Shown here: piece after piece, positions 37,569-47,891 of the stretch
Layout of the letters: the number at the start of each line of letters is the position of its first letter
Numbering within the stretch: the first letter of the stretch is position 1
DNA from: Dehalococcoidia bacterium
GTDB lineage: Bacteria; Chloroflexota; Dehalococcoidia; Bin125
Direction: 5' to 3'
DNA: 64,000 bases
Assembly (NCBI GenBank): GCA_963663235.2
Contig: CAXXNO010000011.1
Span: forward strand, 73,202 to 137,201
The notes under the pieces: model-generated
Told to the model about the DNA's origin: nothing
Seen by the model: the letters and a program-made list of their open reading frames with translations, nothing else
Database searches by the model: none
Translations under genes and position numbers: made by a program

Positions 37569-39611
37569 ATGAGCGGGTGGGCATATTTCTCCGACGAACA
37601 CGGAATCGGGCGGCCCGAGACTGGGCTAGTGCGTGAAGAAGTCCCGGAGCGAGTGAGACATGCGCTTGTCCACTACCTGGGGGACCGAGATGGATTCCGT
37701 CTTTCTGAAATGTGGACATGGATCGTGTATCAGTTGGATTGGAATCCTAACCTGGTGCGCGTGACCTGCCCCCCCAGAACCGGTCCAGATCCTGTGCGAG
37801 GATTCGGGCCGGTGCGAAGGGAGTCGGCATGGCACGCAAGCGGTACGCGGCCGAGGAGATCATCGGCAAACTGCGGGAGGCGGAGGTGGTGCTCGCGCAG
37901 GGGGAATCGGTCGCGCCGGTCGCGCGCCGCCTCGGCGTGGCCGAGCCAACGTATTACCGCTGGCGGCGGGAGGACGGGGGGCTGCGGGTCGACCAGGGGC
38001 CAAGCGGCTGAAAGAACGGGAGCGCGAGAACAGTCGGCTGAAGCGGGTGGTGGCCGATCAGGCGCGGGCCAACGCGATGGTGGGGGACGTCGCAGCGGGA
38101 AACTTCTGCGCCCGGCCCAGCGGCGCCGGGCGACATCCTACCGCACGGACCCGTACGCGGTGTCGGAGCGGCGGGCCTGCCCGGTCACCGGCCAGGCGCG
38201 GGCGACACAGCGCTCCGTGCCCCGGCCGTCCCCGGATGAGCCGGCGCTGATCGCGCGCAGCGTCGCGCTGGCCCCCCGCTGCGGCCGCTACGGCTCCCGT
38301 CGCATCCCGGCCCGGCTGCGCCAGGCGGGCTGGCGGGTGAACCCCAAGCGGGTCGAGCGGCTCTGGCGTCAGGAAGGCTGGCGGGTCCCCGGGAAGCACC
38401 CCCAACGGGGCCGCCTCTGGCTCGCGGCCGGCGCGCTGGTGCGGCGGCGGGCCGAGCGGCCGTCCCACGGCTGGTCCGACGCCTTCGGCTTCGACCGCAC
38501 CGCCGATGGGCGCCCGGTGCGGATCCTCGCCATCGTGGATGAGGACCACCCGCGAGGGCCTGCGTCTCGACGTCGCCCGCCGACGGCGCCGCGACGACGG
38601 CCTGGCGCGGTTGGCCCAGCTGTTCGTCGAGCGCGGGCCGCCGCCGTTTCTGCGGTCCGCCAACGGCCCGGCGTTCACCGCCACCGCGGTGCGGGACTGG
38701 CTGCACCGGGTCGGGGGCACGACCCGCTTCATCGAACCGGGCAGGCCTTGGGCGAACGGCTCTGGGGAATCGTTCAACGGCAAGCTGCGCGACGCGTGCC
38801 TCAATCGCGAGCGCTTCGACACCCTGCTGGAAGCCCAGATCCTCATCGCGGGCTGGCGGCGGGAGGACAACCCGATCCGCCCCCACCGTGCCCTCGGCTA
38901 CCGCCCCCCCGCCCCGGAAACGCAGCAACCCCGGGAACGTCCCATGACGCTCGTCCCGGCGATCGGACTCACTTAACGACTGGTACAACGATCGGGGGCA
39001 GGTCAGACCTATGGAGCGCCATTTTCTATTACGTGCGTGATAAGAGCAGCTACGGGTTATTTGGCGCGAATGAGTTCCTGAACTTTCTCAACTCGCGACT
39101 GATTCGACACTACTCTGCGTACCAGATGGACGAGACGGGCCGGATGATTGAGCCAGGTGCTGCGCCTGCGAATGAAGCGATTGCCGAGGCGCGGGCGCTC
39201 CTGGCGGAGGATCGTTTCCGAGGTCCGGATAGGCAATATCAAGAGGCGTTGGAGGCGTTTTACCGACGCCCCGATCCGAACTGTGAAGCGGCTGTTTCGA
39301 ATGCAATCAACGCGACCGAGGGCGTTGCGCGCGTCGTCCTTGATAACAGCAACATCAATCTTTCGGATGCGCTGAAGCGAATCCAAGACGAGCGAGACTT
39401 ACACCCAGCGCTCTCCGAGAGCATGGTCAGGCTATACGGGTATGCTTCGGACGAGGGCGGCCGACACGGACTGGTCGGAGATCCGAGAGTGGATCGCCCG
39501 ATCGCCGAGTTCTGTTTGCACCAGTGCGCAGCGGCAATTGTGTTCTTAGCGCGGCTCTATAGTGCAGAAGTGGTGGAGGGGCCACGGGCATCTGCAAACG
39601 CTGAGTCATAG
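37569..39611 (+). pseudogene. AbiJ-N-terminal-domain-like protein interrupted by an IS3-family element (host parts 37569-37761 and 39006-39611)
   Basis: N part YFSDEHG...EEVPERVRHAL; C part RRPDPNCEAAVSNAINATEGVAR...LHPAL...LYGYASDEGGRHG; lower GC than host. Family call from motif recall. Confidence 0.65.
37762..39005 (+). mobile_element. Degenerate IS3-family element (IS407-group-like), copy 1, 1244 bp
   Basis: TG...CA ends TGACCTGCCCCC / GGGGGCAGGTCA; orfA MARKRYAAEEIIGKLREAEV; GGGAAAC slippery site; orfB ESFNGKLRD..RPHRALGYRPP; frameshifts; no target duplication seen. Confidence 0.95.
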
Positions 39612-39688
39612 ACTTCCAGGCTCGCGTGTCGCGGCTTTTGATTCCCAGCTGGCTTAGGTGAGTGGGCATTCACGCGTTATGAAGGTCG

Positions 39689-40374
39689 TCATGTAACGGG
39701 CTTGCGGCCAGCATCCGCAATCTTCTTGCCGAACTCTGCGCGGCGCGCGGCGTCTTTGGCAGGCGCAACGAAATAGAAGTCAAAATGCCGTCCAGCACCT
39801 CGAGCGCCCACTCCGCTTCGCCTGACTCGACTGGAATCACAGCGCCTGAATTGGTCGACTTTTGCGCGTGCGTGGCGAAGTTGCCGATCTCGCGGAGGTG
39901 ATGCAGGTTGTCTTTCAGCTGTGAGGGGTTCTTGAGATCGGCGCAGAAGTCATCGATCTGGTCACTTAGATTCTGCTTGTTGTAGCCACCCTTGTCTCGA
40001 AGGACGGTCTGAAGAATGCGGCGAGTGATTGCGGCGCTGCCCATCGCGCTCAGGTCGCGGATGAGTGCCGCTTCTTTGTATTCGGAGTTGTGCGGATCGG
40101 GAACCGCTGGATCGGCGGCGCGCAGCGCTGAGATGCGTGGAATCGCGAAATATTGCCCCGGCACATCAGCGCCTGGCAGAGTGAATTCCGCGCGGACGAT
40201 CAACTGCTCACAATCGTCGCTCGGGCAGAGCATCCAACGGAGGCGTGCGACGACTCGCACGTCTTGCTCGTCGGAGAAAGCCATCTGGATGAGTGGATCT
40301 TGATTCCCGTCCTGCGCGAACAGCAATGGCTTCCACGACTCGTGGATTTCGACGGAGCAGTGCGGACACTTCAC
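39689..40374 (-). pseudogene. DUF4145-domain protein with a late frameshift
   Basis: MKCPHC zinc ribbon, EYKEA...RRILQTVL...LREIGNFATH; adding one T at 39782-39785 restores GIFDFYFVAPAKDAARRAEF...*; TATAAT 6 nt before GTG. Confidence 0.78.
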
Positions 40375-40429
40375 GCCGTCATTATAGCGGCCGTGGTAAG
40401 CGGGCTAGCCGCGCCAGCGAAGCGCTTAT

Positions 40430-41320
40430 CTACCCGAGGAGGCCGTTCTCCTCGAGGACGGCGAGCATGGTGGCGCCGATCTCGGCGGGGGAGCGGGAGA
40501 TGGTTGCGCCTGCGCGCTTGAGGGTGGCGATCTTGGCGGCGGCGGTGCCGGACTTGCCCTCGATGATGGCGCCGGCGTGGCCCATGCGACGGCCGGGTGG
40601 GGCGGTGGCGCCGGCGATGAAGGCGACCACGGGCTTCTGCATGTGGCGGCGGATGTAGGCGGCGGAGGCCTGCTCGGCGGTGCCGCCGATCTCGCCGATG
40701 AGGACCACGGCGTCGGTGTCTTTGTCGTTGTTGAAGAGCTCCAGCAGCTCCACCTGCGTGCTGCCGACGATGGGGTCGCCGCCGACGCCGACGCAGGTCG
40801 ACTGGCCGATGCCGAGTCGCGTGAGCTGGTCGACCGACTCGTAGACCAGCGTGCCGGAGCGGGAGATCACGCCCACGCGGCCAGGGGCGAAGACGTTGGC
40901 GGGCATGATGCCCACGCGGCAGTTGGCGCCGGGGGTGATGAGGCCGGGGCAGTTGGGGCCGATGAGGCGGCTCTCGCTTCGATCCAGGGCGGCCTTGACG
41001 CGGATCATGTCGTGGACGGGGACGCCCTCGGTGATGGAGACGATCAGCCGGACGCGGGCGGCGATGTTCTCCAAGAGGGCGTCGGCCGTGCCGAGGGCGG
41101 GCACGAAGATGATGGAGCAGGTTGGCTTGGCGCGGGCCATCGCCTCCCCCACGGTGTCGAAGACGGGGACGCCCTCGAAGGCATCGCCGTGGCGGAAGGA
41201 GGGATGCACCGCGGCGACCACGTTGGTTCCGTAGTCCAGCGAGCGGCGGGTGTGGTTCTGGCCCTCGGCGCCGAGGCCCTGCACGAGCAGGCGGGTGCGT
41301 TTGTCGATGAGGATGCTCAT
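40430..41320 (-). CDS. sucD: Succinyl-CoA ligase alpha subunit
   Basis: [26 protein letters not shown]. Confidence 0.96.
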   Translation of the reverse strand: MSILIDKRTRLLVQGLGAEGQNHTRRSLDYGTNVVAAVHPSFRHGDAFEGVPVFDTVGEAMARAKPTCSIIFVPALGTADALLENIAARVRLIVSITEGVPVHDMIRVKAALDRSESRLIGPNCPGLITPGANCRVGIMPANVFAPGRVGVISRSGTLVYESVDQLTRLGIGQSTCVGVGGDPIVGSTQVELLELFNNDKDTDAVVLIGEIGGTAEQASAAYIRRHMQKPVVAFIAGATAPPGRRMGHAGAIIEGKSGTAAAKIATLKRAGATISRSPAEIGATMLAVLEENGLLG

Positions 41321-41357
41321 GGCGTCGTTCGTTTCGTGTCGGTGAGAGTGCGAGCGG

Positions 41358-42617
<1,260 letters not shown>

Positions 42618-42788
42618 CGTTGAAGTGCTCCAGGGGCTTGGGGGATCATCGGGCCCGCTGGACGATACCGGCAAGGGAGAGCAGCGGCAAGTCTGGCCCG
42701 GCGACCGGCTCCGCAGCGGCCGGGACGGGCGGACAGTCGCTAAGATCGCGGTAGTGCCAAGCGAGCGGAGGGCGCAAGGGGCGTGGGG

Positions 42789-43496
42789 ATGCGGAGCGCG
42801 CTGCGATCCATCGTCGGGGGCGTGATCGTAGGGGGCGCGGCGCTGCTGGTGGCGTCGCCGGAGGTCGCGGCGCAGGACACTGGCTGTCCTGCCGCCGACC
42901 GATTCCCGGCCGGCTTCGACTTTTCTTTAATCGGCAATAGCCACGCGCCGGTGGGCGTGGAGTGGGCGGCGTGGCTGCAGGGGCTCGTGCAGGAAGGGTG
43001 CGTCTTGCCGCCCGCGCCGGGGCAGATCCACGTGATCAAGGCGACGGACACGCTGGAATCGATCGGAGAGCAGTATGGGCTGAGCGGCGAAGAGTTGGTG
43101 GAGCTGAACCCGCGGCTGAATAATCTGATGCTGGGGCAGCAAGGCGCGCCGCTGTTTCTCACGGAGGACTACCTGGTGGTGGGCAACGTTCTCTATCTCG
43201 CCAAGGCCCCGCCGGTGGCCGTCGAGCCTTCGGCGACCTCGACGGCATTGGGCATCGAGGAAGAGGAGAGCGCGCCCGACCAGCAGCAGGAGAGCCCGCC
43301 GGACGAGGAGGCCGCGGAACCCGCGCCGCCCGTGCCCGCCGACGACGAGGCCAACGATACGAACGCGGTAATCGCGGTCGGGGTGGCCTTGGGGTTGCTG
43401 GGGTTGGTGATCTGGTTGGGGCGACGGATCGCGATCCGGGCGCCGAGACCGCCGCCGGGCGGGGGGCCGCCGCCCACGGATCGCTGGCGGCGGTAG
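42789..43496 (+). CDS. Secreted LysM-domain protein with C-terminal membrane anchor
   Basis: Signal peptide, HVIKATDTLESIGEQYGLSGEELVELNP, acidic linker, TM helix. Confidence 0.8.
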   Translation: MRSALRSIVGGVIVGGAALLVASPEVAAQDTGCPAADRFPAGFDFSLIGNSHAPVGVEWAAWLQGLVQEGCVLPPAPGQIHVIKATDTLESIGEQYGLSGEELVELNPRLNNLMLGQQGAPLFLTEDYLVVGNVLYLAKAPPVAVEPSATSTALGIEEEESAPDQQQESPPDEEAAEPAPPVPADDEANDTNAVIAVGVALGLLGLVIWLGRRIAIRAPRPPPGGGPPPTDRWRR

Positions 43497-43516
43497 CCCT
43501 GGGGTATCATTCCGGC

Positions 43517-44920
43517 ATGCGGTACTCATCCGTCTTGTTCCCGGTTGCGCTGATCATCGGGGCGATGGCGCTGGCGGCGTGCGGAGGCGGCGGCTCGGAG
43601 GACGAGTCGTCGCAAGCCGACTTTGGCGTCGAGCCGGAGGAGCGGATCGAGGAGCCGCAGGTCGCGGGGGTGGCGGAAGAGCCGGGGGCGGCGGACGTCC
43701 AGGCGGAGGCCGCGCGTGAGGAAGCGGAGGCCCGAGCGGAAGCCCAAGCAGAGGCCCAAGCGGTAGCCCAAGCGGAAGCCGAGCCGCCGCCGGTGGAGGA
43801 TCTGCGCGCGGCCGTCCTGGCGGGGCTGCGCGTGTTCGAAGAGGTCACGATCTTGGAGATCGATCCGCTGGGGCTGCCCGACGCGGGAACGTTGCGGGCG
43901 GTACACGCGACGGGGATGGGGTTTTCGCTGGGGCCCGACGGAGGGGCGCCGGAGGCGCACTTCCTGGCGATCTACCGGGCGGAGGCCGCTTCGACGAGCT
44001 CAGGACGAGCGGCGTGGCAGCAGGTGGCGCGGCTGGAGCTGGAGTCGCTGCCGGACTTCCTGGTGGAGGACGCCGTACGGCAAGTGGAGATCGCGCCGGG
44101 CGAGGTCTGGTTCGAGGTCCAGGGGTTCACGGGGGCGCACTCCGGGGTCTACGAGCTGATCAGCTACGACGGGACCGCGCTGGAGACGCGGCTCACCTGG
44201 TTCAGTCCGAGTCCGGGAGCAGGCGAGCTCTCCGACCTGGACGAGGACGGCAGGCCGGAGGTGCTGCTGAACGCCACGGATCCGTTCGTGTTCTGCTACG
44301 CCTGCGGCGTGTGGATCCCGTTCGTGGTGGTGTATCGCTGGGACGGCGCGGATCTGATGCGGGTGGAGATCGAAGCGCTGCCGGCGTCGGCGCCGGCGGA
44401 GGCGCGGGCGGCGGTGGATCGGGCGCTGGCGTCCGTCCGGGCCGACCTGTGGCGCGACGCGCTGGCGGCGATCGAGGTGGCGGAGCAGACGGGCTACGCG
44501 GACGAGACGCTGAAGTGGAATGCGATCCTCGTCCGCACGATCACCGAGTCGCGGCTGGAAAGCATCGAGCAGGGCGCGTACCCGCTGCTGGGCTACGTGT
44601 TCGCGGGGGAGTACGCGGAGGCGGTGGACTTTCTGGGCCAGTACGCGCCGGAGGAGATCTTCAACTTTGAGGGGCCGCTAATCGTGGGGACGGCGGCGCA
44701 GAGCTGGGTGAACGTTCTGGGTGGCTGGCTGGTGAACTTCGCCAGCCGGGCGGTCACGGCGCAACCGGATCTGGCGTCGGCGCACTTCCTGCTGGGGCTG
44801 GGCTAGTACTTCCTGGACCCGGGCAACGGCGCGGTGATCCGCGCATCGGTGGAGCAGGCGCACCTGCTGGAGCTCGCGGACGTGCTGTACGCGCTGTCGG
44901 TGGTGTACCTGCTGGAGTAG
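43517..44920 (+). CDS. Large lipoprotein (FG-GAP-like motif, helical C-terminus) with amber codon at 44804-44806
   Basis: LAAC lipobox, DLDEDGRPEV, FCYACG; frame continues 37 codons past the TAG to a second TAG at 44918-44920. Confidence 0.75.
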
Positions 44921-44977
44921 GCGGCCGGGCGCGCCATGTGGCTTCCAGGCCGTGCGCGCGGTTTATCGCTCTCGTTT

Positions 44978-45412
44978 TTAGCGTACGCGCCGAATCTCTA
45001 CCGCCCTCACCTCAACATCCCAGCGACCGGCCTGCTCGCTCAGCCTGGCCTGTACTTGCGCCTGGAGATCGTTTGGACGGATGTCATCTCGATCCAGGTC
45101 CCCAATCAGCTGGCGCATCGTGTCCACCGCGACAGCGCGACAGCCCCCCTGGTAATTCTCCACTTCCGTCGCGGCCTTCTCCGCATCGACGACGCGGGCG
45201 TAACCTTGGAAGTCGATGGCTACGTCGCGCAGATCTTTGGTCACATACGTCTCTGACGTGCTCTCGAACTCGAACTCACGCAGATCGATTCGTAGCGATT
45301 GCTGGAGTATTGGCCACACCCACACTGTTCCCGGCCCCTTCATACCGACGTAGCGGCCTAACTTGAACAGCGCGAGCCGTTCGTATTCACGCAAATTATT
45401 GATTAGGGCCAT
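44978..45412 (-). CDS. Stand-alone SPFH/band-7 domain protein
   Basis: REYERLALFKLGRYVGMKGPG..P...IDLR...TKD...WDVEVRAVEI; GAAGGAAG RBS. Confidence 0.8.
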   Translation of the reverse strand: MALINNLREYERLALFKLGRYVGMKGPGTVWVWPILQQSLRIDLREFEFESTSETYVTKDLRDVAIDFQGYARVVDAEKAATEVENYQGGCRAVAVDTMRQLIGDLDRDDIRPNDLQAQVQARLSEQAGRWDVEVRAVEIRRVR

Positions 45413-45479
45413 CGAGCAATCTTCCTTCGGTCGGCCGACGAGATTCTTCCGCCGGCGGCTGACGCGGCCGCGCGCCGGT

Positions 45480-46013
45480 TCAGCGACTGGGAGGGACGAC
45501 GCCGAACTTGCCGCCTTTGACGCGGTCGAAGAGGCGACGGGTTTCCTCGTCGAGGAAGAGGGCCTCCATGACGGCGCCGATGGCCGTTTCGGTGTCGAAG
45601 TAGACGAAGCGCATGCCGGGGTTGGTACCGAGGCGGCCGCTCTGAATGACGCCGAAGCCGTTGGCGGCGAAGTCGGCGGTGACCTTGGCTTCGTCTTCGA
45701 CGATGAAGCCGAGGTGGTGGAGCCCCTCGCCCTTGGTGTTTAGGAAATCCGTGTAGATGCTGCTGCCGGAGAGGGGCTGGACCAGCTCGAACTGGGTGTC
45801 GCCGGCGTAGCCGAGGGAGAGGCTGATGTGGCAGTCGCCGGGCCGGCCGCGGTAGAGGCTCTCGTAGATGGGGATGTCCTCGATGCGGAAGAAGCCGGGC
45901 AGGCCCATCTTGTCGATGAAGAAGCGCTCGGCGGCGACGATGTCGCGGACGACGAAGGCGACCTGGTGGTGGCCGGCGGCGAGGTAGGCGTAGGGAGCGG
46001 GAGCGTCGGGCAT
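45480..46013 (-). CDS. VOC/glyoxalase family protein (methylmalonyl-CoA-epimerase-like)
   Basis: HQVAFVVRDI, FELVQP, GEGLHHLGF, FVYFDT. Confidence 0.88.
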   Translation of the reverse strand: MPDAPAPYAYLAAGHHQVAFVVRDIVAAERFFIDKMGLPGFFRIEDIPIYESLYRGRPGDCHISLSLGYAGDTQFELVQPLSGSSIYTDFLNTKGEGLHHLGFIVEDEAKVTADFAANGFGVIQSGRLGTNPGMRFVYFDTETAIGAVMEALFLDEETRRLFDRVKGGKFGVVPPSR

Positions 46014-46021
46014 GGCGGCTC

Positions 46022-47818
46022 CTAGCCGGACGGGGCGGCGGCGCGCCGTTGGGCGCGGAGTTTTTCGGTGGCGGGGCGGTCGATCTTATAGTCGAGGGTG
46101 CGGGGGTCGATCTCCTTGACGATGACGGCGTACTGGGAGCGGGCGGCGGGGATGGTGACGTAGCCGTCGATCACGTCTTCGAGGACGGCGTCGGGCGGGC
46201 GGGCGAGGGGGTCGCCGTAGCCGCCGCCCCCGCCGGACCAGAGGGAGAGCGTCTCGCCGGGGGCGACGGGCGCGTTGGAGCAGAAGACGCCGAGGGTGCG
46301 CTCCGACTCGGCGCCGGGGTTGGCGACGACGCCGCTGTGACCGCCGGGACCGCCGCCGAAGATGCCGGGCGGGCCGGCGATCTCGCGGTTCCCGACGGCG
46401 GAGATGGTGCCGGGGCCGTAGGGGAAGTCCAGGAGCTGCTCCAGGGCGAGGCCGCCGCGGGTGCGGCCGGGGCCGCCGGAGTCGGGGCGGCACTGGAGCT
46501 TGCGCCAGATCACGGGGTAGCGGCGCTCCTGGAGCTCCACGGGGATGTTGGTGCAAGAAGCGCCGTAGGAGGGGGCGCAGTCGTTGGCGCCGTCCTTATA
46601 TTTCGTTGCGCCGAGGCCGCCGAAGGACCAGACGTAGTCGATGAACTCGGTCTTGAAGCCGGGGCGGGCGTCGGAGCCGGCGAAGACGGTGTTGAGGGTG
46701 CTGAAGGGAGCGCCGGCGCCGCGCTCGGGGAGGGCCTGGCTGAGGGCCCGCATCACGGAGCTGATGACGCACTCCATGGTGGTGGCGGCGAGGCCGGAGA
46801 TGGCGGAGGGGGGCTCGGCCCAGACGATGGAGCCGCGCTTGGCCTTGACCTCGACGGCGCGGGCGATGCCGGAGTTCATGGGTACGGGCGGGAGGATGGA
46901 GGCCATGGCGATGTAGACGGCGGAGACGGTGGCGGCGATGGTGCCGTTGATGCCGGACTCGGCGGGGCCGTCGCTGGCGGTGAGGTCGAAGGTGGCGTGG
47001 TCGCCTTGGACGGTGAGGGTGAGGCGGATGGTCTTGGGCTCGCCGGTGTACACGTCGGGGTCGACGGAGTCTTCGGCTTCGTAGCGGCCGTCGGGCAGGG
47101 CGGCGATGGCGGCGCGGACGAGTCGTTCGGAGTGGTCTTGCACGCCGTCCATGGAGGCGAGCACGGTCTCCAGCCCCTGTTTGGCGATCAGCGCGAGGAG
47201 GCGGGACTCGCCGGCGTTGATGGCGGCGGTCTGGGCGTTGAGGTCGCCGAGGCGCTCCCAGGACTGGCGCATGTTGGCGAGGAGGATGGTGACGACGTCG
47301 CGGTTGAGAACGCCGGCGTTGTAGAGGCGGATGGCGGGGATGCGGACGCCCTCCTCGAAGTGGGTGCGGGCGCGGGCGTTGAGGGAGCCGGGGGCGACGC
47401 CGCCGACGTCGGACCAGTGGGCGGTGGAGGTGACGAAGCCGATGAGATCGCCCTGGTGGAAGATGGGCTTGACCTGGTGGATGTCGTTGCAGTGGGTGGA
47501 GGCGACGTAGGGGTCGTTGATGATGTAGATGTCGCCGGGGCGCATGTTGTCGACGCCGATGGCGCGCATGACCTCCGGGACGGTGAGCATGGTGAGGCCG
47601 ACGAAGCAGGGGGCGTCGTATTCGCCCTGGGAGATGAGCTTGCCGTGGCGGTCGTAGAGGGCGCCGGCGAAGTCGCGGCCCTCGTTGACGGGGGTGGAGT
47701 AGGCGCTCTTGGCGACGACGAGGGCCATCTCGTTGCAGACGGCGATGAAGGCGTTGCGCAGGACCTCGAAGGTGATGGGGTCGAGGAGGGTGGGGTTGGG
47801 CACGGTGGGGTTGGGCAC
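46022..47818 (-). CDS. Hydantoinase B/oxoprolinase family protein
   Basis: LDPITFEV, NDPY..THCND, AHWSDVGG..GS, DSGGPGRTRGG, GGGGYGDP. Confidence 0.93.
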   Translation of the reverse strand: MPNPTVPNPTLLDPITFEVLRNAFIAVCNEMALVVAKSAYSTPVNEGRDFAGALYDRHGKLISQGEYDAPCFVGLTMLTVPEVMRAIGVDNMRPGDIYIINDPYVASTHCNDIHQVKPIFHQGDLIGFVTSTAHWSDVGGVAPGSLNARARTHFEEGVRIPAIRLYNAGVLNRDVVTILLANMRQSWERLGDLNAQTAAINAGESRLLALIAKQGLETVLASMDGVQDHSERLVRAAIAALPDGRYEAEDSVDPDVYTGEPKTIRLTLTVQGDHATFDLTASDGPAESGINGTIAATVSAVYIAMASILPPVPMNSGIARAVEVKAKRGSIVWAEPPSAISGLAATTMECVISSVMRALSQALPERGAGAPFSTLNTVFAGSDARPGFKTEFIDYVWSFGGLGATKYKDGANDCAPSYGASCTNIPVELQERRYPVIWRKLQCRPDSGGPGRTRGGLALEQLLDFPYGPGTISAVGNREIAGPPGIFGGGPGGHSGVVANPGAESERTLGVFCSNAPVAPGETLSLWSGGGGGYGDPLARPPDAVLEDVIDGYVTIPAARSQYAVIVKEIDPRTLDYKIDRPATEKLRAQRRAAAPSG

Positions 47819-47891
47819 GGTGGAGTCTCCTGTCGGGGGGATGGTAGCGCGGCGGGAGGGTGGGGGCCGCGGGCGTTGCCGGCCCGGCGCG

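Noticed and set aside
47789-47818. 15-bp tandem duplication at the hydantoinase B start (VPNPT twice)
   Set aside because: Real but trivial slippage in an unstructured N-terminus; it only makes the start codon ambiguous.
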